In this document: piece by piece, positions 11,782 through 21,124 of the stretch
Position numbering within the stretch: the first letter of the stretch is position 1
Layout of the letters: every line of letters begins with the position of its first letter
NCBI GenBank assembly: GCA_028715115.1
Contig: JAQUSN010000001.1
Location: 191,067 to 255,066 of the forward strand
From: Patescibacteria group bacterium
GTDB lineage: Bacteria; Patescibacteriota; Patescibacteriia; UBA2591; UBA4787
DNA length: 64,000 nt
Reading direction: 5' to 3'
The notes under the pieces: generated by a model
Database searches by the model: none
What the model was told of the DNA's origin: nothing
Seen by the model: only the letters and a program-made list of their open reading frames with translations
Program-made: the position numbers and the translations under genes

Positions 11782-11995
11782 GTTGGGCGAATAATTTTTT
11801 GTTTAAAAATATTTATAGTAAATTGGGAATATGCAAAAAGTAACCCTTCAGGCGCAGACTGTTCGGGGGGGGGTATTTTAGCTCTATTTAGTCCCCAGGT
11901 CTGTCGGCAGGCCTGGGGACGTTGAAGCTAAAATAAAACGGGAGTCGGCGACGAGCGCCTTCTCCCGCGTAGTTCCTCCATGGACTTCTTGTTTG

Positions 11996-13036
11996 TTATC
12001 CTCCCTGTCGATCCTTGCGCAACGCCAGGGCCAGCTTCGCGATACACTCAACGGCCTCTTCGCTTAGCGTGCCCGGATTACCGACCTGTTCCAGTTCTTC
12101 GCGTAGATCGGCGATGACGAGCTGGCGCACGGCCGGGCCTTCTGTTTCGGCTACGTGCACTTCTGCAGCGCGCGCTGTCTCTCTTCGTGCCTGGACCGAC
12201 GATGCTCCTCTCTTGCCTCCGCGATTCTTAGTCGAAACGCCGGCAAGATGACCCCGCCCTCCACCATTACTGCGCCATTCTTTCTCTGGTAGGAGGCTTT
12301 GGTCAACATCCACCAGTAACGAATCTGTAACGACGCCGAGTGCTGAGGCCATGCGCTGAATGGTCTCTATTGACGGCAGGGTGCCCGACTTCTTGAAGCT
12401 GACCCAGGCTGACTGAGGCCGGGCGGCATCGGGAGATATCGCCCTACCTATTACCAGGAGAGTGATCCCTTTTTCTGTCTTGGCCTCTTCGACGTTTCGG
12501 AGAAGCGCCTTCTTTGATTTCGCCTCTCCTTCTTGCGGTTTACGGGGCATAGAGCCCTTCCTTTCGATTGATACCCTTCTTGCCTTGGTGGTCTTTGCTC
12601 TTGTGTTCGGCCTTGTGTTGGCCGCCTTCACTGTTACTGTTTGTGGGTCAGGCGGATCAGCGGCGGTAGCCGTTGGCTTTGGGTTGGTTGCATCATCTTC
12701 TTGGGCTGGCGTAGTCTTTTTGGGGTCGTGCCCATTGTGCATTATAGCGCTCGGACTAATGCCCAAGCGCTGGCAACAGGCGAGAATCTGGTTGCTGGTT
12801 AATAGGTTCCAGGCAGTATCTCTGAGCCAGCTGTGCCAGACTTCAATCGGCCTGTCAGTCCTGGGGCTAACGATAAGTCCCATGGCCGCTTCGCCATACA
12901 TTCGCCGTTCAGCGGCGTCCAAAGCGATGGCTTCTCTCTCTACTCGCGCTGCTTCAAGCCTTCTGGCCACTAGCAGTTTTTGCGCTGTTCCGTCGTGGTT
13001 ATGATGGCCCGCCGCTTCTATTGGGGCCACACTCAT
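11996..13036 (-). CDS. GC-rich orphan protein with a C-terminal XRE-like helix-turn-helix
   Basis: 346-aa ORF, AAGGAGG SD before the ATG, TTGACA promoter at about 13120; LPSIETIQRMASALGV..DSLL resembles the end of an XRE HTH. Confidence 0.7.
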   Translation of the reverse strand: MSVAPIEAAGHHNHDGTAQKLLVARRLEAARVEREAIALDAAERRMYGEAAMGLIVSPRTDRPIEVWHSWLRDTAWNLLTSNQILACCQRLGISPSAIMHNGHDPKKTTPAQEDDATNPKPTATAADPPDPQTVTVKAANTRPNTRAKTTKARRVSIERKGSMPRKPQEGEAKSKKALLRNVEEAKTEKGITLLVIGRAISPDAARPQSAWVSFKKSGTLPSIETIQRMASALGVVTDSLLVDVDQSLLPEKEWRSNGGGRGHLAGVSTKNRGGKRGASSVQARRETARAAEVHVAETEGPAVRQLVIADLREELEQVGNPGTLSEEAVECIAKLALALRKDRQGG

Positions 13037-13130
13037 AACACCTCCTTTCTAAACAGACTTAGTCTTCAATGGAATTCCGAGTTATAAATATAATTAACCA
13101 TTTTTAGCCGACTTTGTCAAGTTAAAATAA

Positions 13131-13158
13131 AAATACCCCTAAGGGGCATTTTTGGTAC
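13131..13158. repeat. imperfect direct repeat of the tRNA-Lys 3' end plus terminator (partner at 13931-13957)
   Basis: aaatacccctaaggggcatttttggtac vs aaatgccccttagtggcattctggtgc. Confidence 0.6.
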
Positions 13159-13194
13159 TGAGTAGTTCAAGGTAAGAACTGCTATTTTCAGCTT

Positions 13195-13875
13195 TTATGC
13201 CAATCTTCTTTTTTTGCGGTTAATGGTTATGTCTGTTATTTCTATCTGTTTTGGTAATTTTAGTAAATATAAAACTATATTAGCCACATCGTTTGGGTCC
13301 ATCCACTCCGATGGGTCTTCTATTTTTTTTCTATAGTCTTTTTCGTGCATCTGTGTATTCATACCGCCACAGTGAATATATATCATTCTACTTTTTGTGT
13401 TTACTAGCTCTAGGCCGATATTATATGAGCCACCCCTTAGTCCATATTTAGTAGACGTATATGCTAGTTGATCATTAAATCCGGCCTTAAGGTCTGCCGT
13501 TGTGCCTATATTCAATATATCTGCTTCGTTTTTTACAATATTATCAAATAGAGAAGATATGAAATAGAGTGGTGCAATCGTGTTTATTTTAAATGCCCTT
13601 TCGAATTTAAGATATGTAATTTCGTTTATCTTTTCTCTACCCACAATTGCGGCACAGTTTATTATTGCGCTAAAATCATCATATTTTTCTTTTATTATAT
13701 TAACGGCATCGTTAATATTTTCTTCTTTAGATAAATCACAGGCGATATTAATAACACCAGATATATTACAAGGCGTTCTGCTTATATTAATTACCTCTAC
13801 CTCTTTTTTTACACACAAATCGGCGATTGCTTTACCGAGACCATCGCTAGCTCCTAATATGATTATTTTTTTCAT
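13195..13875 (-). CDS. short-chain dehydrogenase/reductase
   Basis: GASDGLG Rossmann motif, NCAA, YTSTK catalytic YxxxK. Confidence 0.92.
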   Translation of the reverse strand: MKKIIILGASDGLGKAIADLCVKKEVEVINISRTPCNISGVINIACDLSKEENINDAVNIIKEKYDDFSAIINCAAIVGREKINEITYLKFERAFKINTIAPLYFISSLFDNIVKNEADILNIGTTADLKAGFNDQLAYTSTKYGLRGGSYNIGLELVNTKSRMIYIHCGGMNTQMHEKDYRKKIEDPSEWMDPNDVANIVLYLLKLPKQIEITDITINRKKRRLA

Positions 13876-13951
13876 ATTTTTATTTAAATCAATTTTTAAG
13901 ATTTTGTCAAGAAGTTTTTATAAAACAATAAAATGCCCCTTAGTGGCATTC

Positions 13952-14027
13952 TGGTGCGCGTGGGAGGATTCGAACCCCCGACCTTCTCCTTAAGAGGGAG
14001 CAGCTCTACCAACTGAGCTACACGCGC
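13952..14027 (-). tRNA. tRNA-Lys(CTT)
   Basis: Reverse complement gcgcgtgtagctcagttggtagagc..ctCTTaa..ggttcgaatcc..cacgcgcacca; cloverleaf with CCA. Confidence 0.95.
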
Positions 14028-14095
14028 GCATTGGTCTTTTAAAATAATTTACCCCGCCTCGATTTATCCGTTCGCTGGCGGACTGAAGACTTATA

Positions 14096-14167
14096 TGCCC
14101 TCAAGAGGATTCGAACCTCTAATCTCAGCTTCGAAGGCTGATGTGATATCCATTTCACCATGAGGGC
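14096..14167 (-). tRNA. tRNA-Arg(TCG)
   Basis: Reverse complement gccctcatggtgaaatggatatcac-a-tcagc-ctTCGaa-gctga..ggttcgaatcc..tgagggca; no encoded CCA. Confidence 0.93.
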
Positions 14168-14190
14168 CTAGGTTTTAGCGGTGGTTTACT

Positions 14191-15243
14191 TTATTTAATA
14201 ATTAATTCCGGATATAAAGTATGAGCTAAGGCCACCTCACGAGTGATAAGTCCTTGTTTTAAAAGTTGGTTAAGAGATTGTTCAATACTGATCATACCTT
14301 CTTGTCCGCCGGTTTGTAGTACTGACTTTAACTGATTAACTTTATTTTCACGAATTAAATTACTAACAGCTGTATTGTTGATTAAAATTTCTCTTGCCGC
14401 GATTCGCCCACCGTCTTGTTTGGCCAATAAGTGTTGAGCAATAACGGCTCGTAAAGCCAAGGCTAATTGCAAACGAATTTGCGTTTGTTGGTGTGGCGGG
14501 AAGACGTCAATAACACGATCAATAGTCTGGGGGGCGTTTGGTGTGTGAAGGGTGGCGAGGATTAGGTGCCCGGTTTCGGCCAGGGTAAGCGCCAGAGAAA
14601 TAGTTTCCAGATCTCTCATTTCGCCAACCATAATTACATTTGGATCTTGACGAACGATGCGTTTTAAGCCGTCAGCAAAAGAGAGCATGTCTTTACCGAG
14701 TTCGCGCTGCGAAACAATACTTTTGTCTGGTGTAAAAACAAATTCAATTGGATCTTCTAGGGTGATAATATTGCAAATCCTGTTTTGATTAATGTAATTA
14801 ATCATAGCGGCCATGGTTGTGGATTTACCGCAACCAGTTGGGCCAGTGACAATAATTAAGCCATTGTGCAGTTTGGTTAATTCTTTAGTAATGGGCGGCA
14901 TATCAATTTCATCCATATCTGGAACGTGCGGCCAAATAATGCGCGCAGCCAGGGCTAGATTGTTTTTCTCCCAATAAAGGTTAATACGGAAACGGGCGCA
15001 GTCATCGAGCTTAAAAGATAAGTCTAACTCTTTATTATTAAAAATTTCTATTTTTTGTTTTTTGTCGATAATCGGAGCGACTAAATTAATAATGTCTTGA
15101 TTGGTCAAGATTGGCCCATTTATTCGCTGCAAAACTCCATCGACACGAAAAACAGGCGGACAATTTGCCAATAAATGAACATCGGACGCTTTTTGATTTA
15201 CTGCTTGTTGAAAAATTTGCTGAAGACTTAAGTTCATAGCCAT
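14191..15243 (-). CDS. pilT: type IV pilus retraction ATPase PilT/PilU family
   Basis: ASDVHL, GPTGCGKSTT, TLEDPIEF, RQDPNVIMVGEMRD, ATLHT. Confidence 0.95.
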   Translation of the reverse strand: MAMNLSLQQIFQQAVNQKASDVHLLANCPPVFRVDGVLQRINGPILTNQDIINLVAPIIDKKQKIEIFNNKELDLSFKLDDCARFRINLYWEKNNLALAARIIWPHVPDMDEIDMPPITKELTKLHNGLIIVTGPTGCGKSTTMAAMINYINQNRICNIITLEDPIEFVFTPDKSIVSQRELGKDMLSFADGLKRIVRQDPNVIMVGEMRDLETISLALTLAETGHLILATLHTPNAPQTIDRVIDVFPPHQQTQIRLQLALALRAVIAQHLLAKQDGGRIAAREILINNTAVSNLIRENKVNQLKSVLQTGGQEGMISIEQSLNQLLKQGLITREVALAHTLYPELIIK

Positions 15244-15292
15244 TAAATTTATATTTATAAATTTAAACTAAAAATTCGGCCAGAACCGAACT

Positions 15293-15850
15293 TTAGACTC
15301 TTTCAACGTATTCTCCGGTTTCTGTGTTGATTCTTAGCACATCATTTTCTTTAATAAAGAGCGGGGCGTTAACTTTTAATCCGGTTTCTAGTGTTATTTG
15401 TTTCATAATATTGGTGGCTGAGTCGCCGCGCACTCCGGGCGGAGCGTCAACAACCTTAAGCTCAACCTTTTTCGGCAATTCAATATTAATCGGATTTTGG
15501 TTAAAAAGGACAATTATTACTTCTTGACCATCTTTTAGATATTTTTCTTTGCCGGCCAAAATACTTTTATTTAATCCCAACTGTTCATAGGTTGTCATGT
15601 TCATTAAGTAGACATTATGGTCGTCTTGATAGAGATAGTTGGCTTTAGCTCGCTCTACGTCGGCCTCTTTAACCTGATCGCCAGCATTAAAGGTTTTTTC
15701 CATGGTGACGCCAGAAATCAGATTTTTTAATTTAGTACGCACAAAAGCACGGCGCTGAGCAGTGCGCGCGTGTTGTGACTCTAAGACGATATATGGTTGG
15801 CCCTCTAATTCAATTATTGAACCAACCCTTTTTAATTCATTAATATCCAT
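15293..15850 (-). CDS. efp: elongation factor P (Arg at the conserved loop)
   Basis: HARTAQRRAFVRTKLKNL, PPGVRGDSA, INTETGEYVER. Confidence 0.96.
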   Translation of the reverse strand: MDINELKRVGSIIELEGQPYIVLESQHARTAQRRAFVRTKLKNLISGVTMEKTFNAGDQVKEADVERAKANYLYQDDHNVYLMNMTTYEQLGLNKSILAGKEKYLKDGQEVIIVLFNQNPINIELPKKVELKVVDAPPGVRGDSATNIMKQITLETGLKVNAPLFIKENDVLRINTETGEYVERV

Positions 15851-15859
15851 TGTTTAATT

Positions 15860-16084
15860 CTATTTTTTTATAAATGGTAAAAGCCCCATAATTCTTGCTC
15901 TTTTAATAGCCGTGGCCAATTTTCTTTGGTGTTTGGCACAGGTGCCTCTTTTACGTCGAGGTAAAATTTTGTGATAAGAAGAAAGAAAACGCCTTAAAAG
16001 ATCAACGTCTTTGTAGTCGATTTGATTAACGTGATTCAAGCAAAAATAACAGTGCTTTTGTTCTTGACTATTATTCATGTTCAT
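15860..16084 (-). CDS. rpsR: 30S ribosomal protein S18
   Basis: [38 protein letters not shown]. Confidence 0.97.
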   Translation of the reverse strand: MNMNNSQEQKHCYFCLNHVNQIDYKDVDLLRRFLSSYHKILPRRKRGTCAKHQRKLATAIKRARIMGLLPFIKK

Positions 16085-16102
16085 ATTTTTTATTTAATTA
16101 AT

Positions 16103-16546
16103 TTAAAAAGGAATTTCATCCGGACTGATTTCTTCTTCTAGAGAAGATCCTTGATTCGGGGTTGCCTCAACTGGCTCAAAACTTTCTTCTGATTCTGCTT
16201 GATTGGCGCTAGCGCCGCTAGCCTTTGGCCCGATCTGTAAGCGTTCGGCAACTATTTCTGTGCGATAATGCTTTACTCCTTGTGGGTCTTGCCAGTTGCG
16301 AGTTTGAATACGGCCTTCAATATAAGCTAGGCTGCCCTTGGTTAAAAATTTTTGAGCGATTTCAGCTAAACGGCCCCAGACAACGATATTATGGAATTCG
16401 GCTGATTTTTGTTTTTGGCCATTACGATCGGTCCAAAAACGATTGGTCGCCATACCAAAAGAAGCAACATTTTGTCCGCTGGGCGTAGTGCGAATTTCCG
16501 GCGCTTTGGTTAAACGGCCGATGATTAAAGCTTTATTAAGATCCAT
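16103..16546 (-). CDS. ssb: single-stranded DNA-binding protein
   Basis: LNKALIIGRL, EFHNIVVWG, C-terminal DEIPF. Confidence 0.98.
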   Translation of the reverse strand: MDLNKALIIGRLTKAPEIRTTPSGQNVASFGMATNRFWTDRNGQKQKSAEFHNIVVWGRLAEIAQKFLTKGSLAYIEGRIQTRNWQDPQGVKHYRTEIVAERLQIGPKASGASANQAESEESFEPVEATPNQGSSLEEEISPDEIPF

Positions 16547-16563
16547 AGAAATAATTTTAATTA

Positions 16564-17010
16564 TTAGATTTCTAATAATTCATCAATTTTATCATCAATA
16601 CTCTTAAATTCTTGTTTTTCTTCTTTGGGTTCTTCTTTTGGTTCTTCGTCAATGCTTGTCGTTTCTGTGTCGGCAGGTTTTTTGGCGGAAGGTTTTCTTT
16701 TGTGGGTTGGCGCGGGCTTTTTATATTCTACAAAATCGGTGATTTGAAAACGCAAAACCTCAGGAGTTAATTTTAATTTTTCTTCGATTTTTTTGATAGT
16801 CTCGCCCTCGGCCTCAAAATTAACCAAGACATAAAAACCGCGCTTAATTGTTTTGATTGGATAAGCCAATTTTTTATTATCAAGGTTTTCTTCGCTAATT
16901 ATTTTTGCTCCTTGTTCTTCAAGGATTTTAGCGACGTTTTTTTGGATTTCCGGCGCGTCGGTTTCGGTAAACGGCGAAGGAATGATGTATAAAATTTCGT
17001 ATTTTTTCAT
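16564..17010 (-). CDS. rpsF: 30S ribosomal protein S6
   Basis: KYEILYII, KKLAYPIK, rpsF-ssb-rpsR operon. Confidence 0.96.
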   Translation of the reverse strand: MKKYEILYIIPSPFTETDAPEIQKNVAKILEEQGAKIISEENLDNKKLAYPIKTIKRGFYVLVNFEAEGETIKKIEEKLKLTPEVLRFQITDFVEYKKPAPTHKRKPSAKKPADTETTSIDEEPKEEPKEEKQEFKSIDDKIDELLEI

Positions 17011-17212
17011 GCCAAAATTATTAAAAAATTAAGAATACGGTTCGTAAATTTTTTCCATAATTTTGTGCACCCCGCCAAGGCGGGGTATCTTAATTATGGT
17101 TAAAATGTTAAACGACTCACTTCAGGTTTAAATTCTAATAAAATCTTAATAAAAAGTCAAGACCAATTAGGGCAATCTTGAAATTTATTAAAAGAAGAGT
17201 ACAATAATTGTT

Positions 17213-18445
17213 ATGTATTGCTTTATTCTAGGCCATAATCCAACTTTGTCAAGCATTGAAATCGCCAAAGTGTTGAGCGGAGATTTTAACTTAATTGAGT
17301 TATCGCCAGAGGTGATGATTGCTGATTGGCACAAAAAGATTAATGCAAAAGAGTTGCAAAATCAGTTGGGCGGGACGATAAAAATAGGCGAAATTATCTC
17401 AGAGATTGATCTCGGGATAAACGAAGCCGTTGTTGCTAAAATCAGCGATGAATTAATTAAAATCGGCGCTAGTTCAAAAAAGGTGTTTTTTGGTTTCAGC
17501 CTTTATTTATTGGACAAAAAGATTAATCCAGAGCTAATTAATGGGCAGCTCAAAAAATTAGCTATGCAAGTCAAGAAAGAGCTACAGACAAAAAAAATAC
17601 CGGCTCGCTGGGTTAGTTCTCGGGAAAGGGTCCTATCATCGGTTATTGTGCAAAAAAATAAACTATTGACACAGGGCGCCGAATTTTGTTTTTTAGTCGG
17701 CAGCCAGAAAATATATTTAGCCAGAACTTTAAGCTGCCAAGAATTTGCCGAATACGGATTTTATGATTTTGGCCGACCCGCTCGTTCAATGAAACAGGGT
17801 ATGTTGCCGCCAAAATTAGCCAAGATGATGATTAATTTAACTCAAGCTAAAAAAGATGACTTTATTTTAGATCCGTTTTGCGGCGCCGGAACCGTTTTGC
17901 AAGAAGCGATAAAAATGGGCTATCATAATTTAATCGGCAGCGATATAGACGATCAGGCCATTGAACGAACTAATAAAAATATTAAATGGTTGGTTGAGCA
18001 ATTAAATCTTAAAATAGACAAAGGAACGGTTAATGTTTTTGCTTCCGACGTTCGCACCTTAGCCAAAACCTTATCTGCTAATTCAGTGGCAGCTATTGTA
18101 ACTGAGCCGTACCTTGGTCCGATTGATAAGGCGCGAATAGGCCATGAGATTTCAAAAGTTATCGTGGAGTTGAGCCATTTATATCTTCTGGCCTTTAAAC
18201 AATTCGATAAAATTTTGAAAAAAGATGGTTGTATTGTGATGATTTTTCCGGCCTATAAAATAGGCGGACATTTGCATTTTTTGCCGATCTTAGAAGCGCT
18301 CAAAGAACAGGGCTGGAGAATTATTAATCCGGTGCCAGAAAAATTTAAAAACAATCAAGCCATTCGCTTAAGCGACCGGCAATCAATTATTTATTCGCGT
18401 CAAGATCAGCACGTGCTAAGAGAAATTTTTGTTTTTAAAAAATAA
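17213..18445 (+). CDS. Trm11-like SAM-dependent RNA methyltransferase
   Basis: GMLPPKLAKMMINL, LDPFCGAGT, GSDID, TEPYLG. Confidence 0.85.
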   Translation: MYCFILGHNPTLSSIEIAKVLSGDFNLIELSPEVMIADWHKKINAKELQNQLGGTIKIGEIISEIDLGINEAVVAKISDELIKIGASSKKVFFGFSLYLLDKKINPELINGQLKKLAMQVKKELQTKKIPARWVSSRERVLSSVIVQKNKLLTQGAEFCFLVGSQKIYLARTLSCQEFAEYGFYDFGRPARSMKQGMLPPKLAKMMINLTQAKKDDFILDPFCGAGTVLQEAIKMGYHNLIGSDIDDQAIERTNKNIKWLVEQLNLKIDKGTVNVFASDVRTLAKTLSANSVAAIVTEPYLGPIDKARIGHEISKVIVELSHLYLLAFKQFDKILKKDGCIVMIFPAYKIGGHLHFLPILEALKEQGWRIINPVPEKFKNNQAIRLSDRQSIIYSRQDQHVLREIFVFKK

Positions 18446-18493
18446 AAGTAAAAAAAGACGATAAGGGCAATTTGCTATCTATTTTTATTATTG

Positions 18494-18523
18494 ATCACCA
18501 CGCCAAAATTTTGGCGTGGTGAT
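18494..18523. repeat. perfect 30-bp palindrome
   Basis: atcaccacgccaaaattttggcgtggtgat, abutting the -35 box of the next gene. Confidence 0.85.
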
Positions 18524-18550
18524 TGACAAAAAGCAAAAAATATCTAAAAT
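18523..18550 (+). promoter_or_regulatory. sigma70-type promoter of the orphan gene
   Basis: TTGACA-16 nt-TAAAAT, then GGAGGA SD and ATG at 18577. Confidence 0.7.
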
Positions 18551-18576
18551 ATACCTAAGTCTAAATGGAGGAACCA

Positions 18577-19236
18577 ATGACTTTTCGACAGTTTGTTTGT
18601 CGGGCTTCACAGATGACCACAGCGGAGAGGGGCGTCTACTTTCTTTCGCTAAGAGCTGATCTTTTCTGGGATGTTGAGCTGAGCCCAGCCCAACGCGCTG
18701 AAACCCTGCTTTGGTTAGAGAGCCATAGATACGGGTTTGTTCGGGGTCAACCGAGGGTCTTAACTCGAGTTCCTTCCCGGGAACAATCGGAGAAGAGGTG
18801 GCGACGAGAGCGACGCCGGCTGATTATGGCCAGTAGGCCGTATTATCGGTTTTGTTGTCCGTTTTGCCGGACCAAAATCATCGTGCGGCATGAACTTTGT
18901 GCTGGCGACCGGGTCAGATGTCGGAGTTGCGGCGAAGAATCGCAATATCTACATTCTGGCATCCGGCCTGGCACGGTCTTCGGCTCACTGGTTTTTACTG
19001 ATGACGGATCTTTCCGTTGTCCGGTTTGCGCCGAGTTGACGCCAAGCCAGCGCGACAAAAAACACAAAGAGGCAATCGTCTGTAGCTTCTGTAAGTCAGA
19101 GTTCACTAAACACGTGGATTCCCCTGAAGTGGCCAACGGACGAGATCCTCACGGCGTGATCTTTGTGCTTGCCGGCCCGATATTTCATCACCTTCTCGTG
19201 ATGCAAACTCCGCCCGCCCTGTCGGTTCAGCAATGA
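18577..19236 (+). CDS. GC-rich orphan with four CxxC pairs (zinc-ribbon protein)
   Basis: CPFC, CRSC, CPVC, CSFC; SD-supported start at 18577. Confidence 0.75.
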   Translation: MTFRQFVCRASQMTTAERGVYFLSLRADLFWDVELSPAQRAETLLWLESHRYGFVRGQPRVLTRVPSREQSEKRWRRERRRLIMASRPYYRFCCPFCRTKIIVRHELCAGDRVRCRSCGEESQYLHSGIRPGTVFGSLVFTDDGSFRCPVCAELTPSQRDKKHKEAIVCSFCKSEFTKHVDSPEVANGRDPHGVIFVLAGPIFHHLLVMQTPPALSVQQ

Positions 19237-19319
19237 CCCGCTCGGCGGGCCATTGCTTTTAAAGAAAAAGACGGAATTAATGTCCGTCTTTTTCTTAATG
19301 TCATAAAGGACATTTCGAC

Positions 19320-20360
19320 TTACAATATTTTTTGATCTTCTTTCCCAGCGGCGCGAACCTTGTCCCAAACCGCGTTTTTAATATCTTTGATAATTTTCGG
19401 ATTTTGTTTTAAAAAGTCGCGCGCGTTTTCTCGACCGACGCCGAGCTTAACTTCGCCATAGAGATAAGTGTTGCCGGACTTTTTAATAATTTTACGATTG
19501 GTCGCCGTATCAAGTACGTCGCCGGCCAGAGAAATGCCTTCATTATACATAATATCAAACTCGCAGGTTTTAAATGGCGGAGCTACTTTATTTTTAACAA
19601 TTTTAACCTTAACTTGATTGCCAACAGTTTCGTCGCCTTTTTTAATTTGTTGAGCGCGGCGAACTTCAATGCGACAGGAAGAATAAAATTTTAAAGCCGT
19701 ACCGCCTGGAGTCGTTTCCGGATTGCCAAAGAAGACGCCGATTTTTTGGCGGATCTGGTTAATAAAAATAACAGTGGTTTTACTTTTACTGACTATGCCT
19801 GTTAGTTTTCTTAATGCCTGGCTCATGAGCCGGGCCTGTAGGCCGATAAATTGATCGCCCATTTCTCCTTCAATTTCCACTCGCGGAGTCAAAGCTGCAA
19901 CCGAGTCAATTACAATAACATCGACGCCGTTTGAACGAACTAGTGTTTCGACGATCTCGAGCGCTTGTTCGCCAGTGTCGGGCTGAGAGATTAAAAGGTC
20001 ATTAATTTTTACGCCTATTTTTTGCGCATAATCAGGATCAAGCGCATGTTCGGCATCGACGAAAGCGGCTACGCCGCCAATTTTTTGTACTTCAGCGACC
20101 ATATGTAGGGCTAGCGTTGTTTTGCCGCTCATTTCTGGACCAAATACTTCAATAATTCTGCCACGCGGTATGCCGCCTACGCCCAAGGCTAAATCAAGAG
20201 ACAAGCAGCCGGTAGAAACGGCATCAATGTCCATTCTTTTGGCTTCACCAAGCCTCATAATCGAGCCGTCGCCAAATTTTGTTTTGATTTGGTCAATAGC
20301 TGCTTGAGCTGCTTTGGCTCGGTCATCATTAATGTCTTTTATTTCATCTTTTTTTGCCAT
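19320..20360 (-). CDS. recA: recombinase RecA
   Basis: [32 protein letters not shown]. Confidence 0.99.
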   Translation of the reverse strand: MAKKDEIKDINDDRAKAAQAAIDQIKTKFGDGSIMRLGEAKRMDIDAVSTGCLSLDLALGVGGIPRGRIIEVFGPEMSGKTTLALHMVAEVQKIGGVAAFVDAEHALDPDYAQKIGVKINDLLISQPDTGEQALEIVETLVRSNGVDVIVIDSVAALTPRVEIEGEMGDQFIGLQARLMSQALRKLTGIVSKSKTTVIFINQIRQKIGVFFGNPETTPGGTALKFYSSCRIEVRRAQQIKKGDETVGNQVKVKIVKNKVAPPFKTCEFDIMYNEGISLAGDVLDTATNRKIIKKSGNTYLYGEVKLGVGRENARDFLKQNPKIIKDIKNAVWDKVRAAGKEDQKIL

Positions 20361-20389
20361 AAATTATTTTTTACTATTTAAAATTTGAA

Positions 20390-21121
20390 TTATTCTTTAA
20401 CAAAAATTTGGCGCCAAACCACAGACTCAGGACTATTTTTTTTCTTAGCCGAAATCTTAATCATATTTATGCCCGGCACAAGCATTAATTCCTCTTCAAA
20501 GGTGTTATTCTCAAGCTTGGTTATTGATTGATTGTTAATTTTTACAATCGCGTCTTTCTCGGTCACACCCTTAATAATAATATTTTTCTGGCCAATTTCA
20601 ATATTATTATTGGGTTCAGTAACTTTAAGGCGGGGCGGTAAAAATGGTTGGGCGATGACCGTGGTAAAATAAACAACTAACCCCAAAGCCAAAACTGCAC
20701 CGCCAATTTTTTGTAAATTAGTATTGGAAATTTTTTTGGCCCTAGGCAGGTGTAGTTCGGCTGGCTGTTTAATTGGATTAAAATTTGATTTTTTTTGCAG
20801 TGGTCCGAAAAACGGCAGTCCTTTTTGCGCGCGGGAGTTTTTTATGACGCGCTGTTTAATCTCAGAAAAATAATTTTCTCTACGAAACAGAGGCATCAAC
20901 TCCTGAGCGTTAAGGCCTAAAAATTCTGCATAGTGTTCTAAAAATCCTCTGGCATAGGTCGGGCTGGGCAGCTCAAAGTAGTCAGAATTTTCTAGGGCTG
21001 AAAGATATTTTTCGGCAATTTTTGTTTTTTTGGCCACTTCATCTAGGCGCCAGCCAAGGCCAAGCCGGGCCTGTTTTAATAATGTGCCTAAGTTTTCTGT
21101 TTGCGCTTGACCAACGGCCAT
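20390..21121 (-). CDS. RodZ-like HTH membrane protein with a C-terminal Ig-like domain
   Basis: LGTLLKQAR..YLSALE..LPSPTYARGFL..YAEFLGL, one TM. Confidence 0.8.
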   Translation of the reverse strand: MAVGQAQTENLGTLLKQARLGLGWRLDEVAKKTKIAEKYLSALENSDYFELPSPTYARGFLEHYAEFLGLNAQELMPLFRRENYFSEIKQRVIKNSRAQKGLPFFGPLQKKSNFNPIKQPAELHLPRAKKISNTNLQKIGGAVLALGLVVYFTTVIAQPFLPPRLKVTEPNNNIEIGQKNIIIKGVTEKDAIVKINNQSITKLENNTFEEELMLVPGINMIKISAKKKNSPESVVWRQIFVKE

Positions 21122-21124
21122 AAA

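Noticed and set aside
12462-13004. 180-aa hydrophobic plus-strand ORF
   Set aside because: Antisense to the 346-aa ORF, which has the promoter, SD and terminator; long antisense ORFs are expected in GC-rich DNA.
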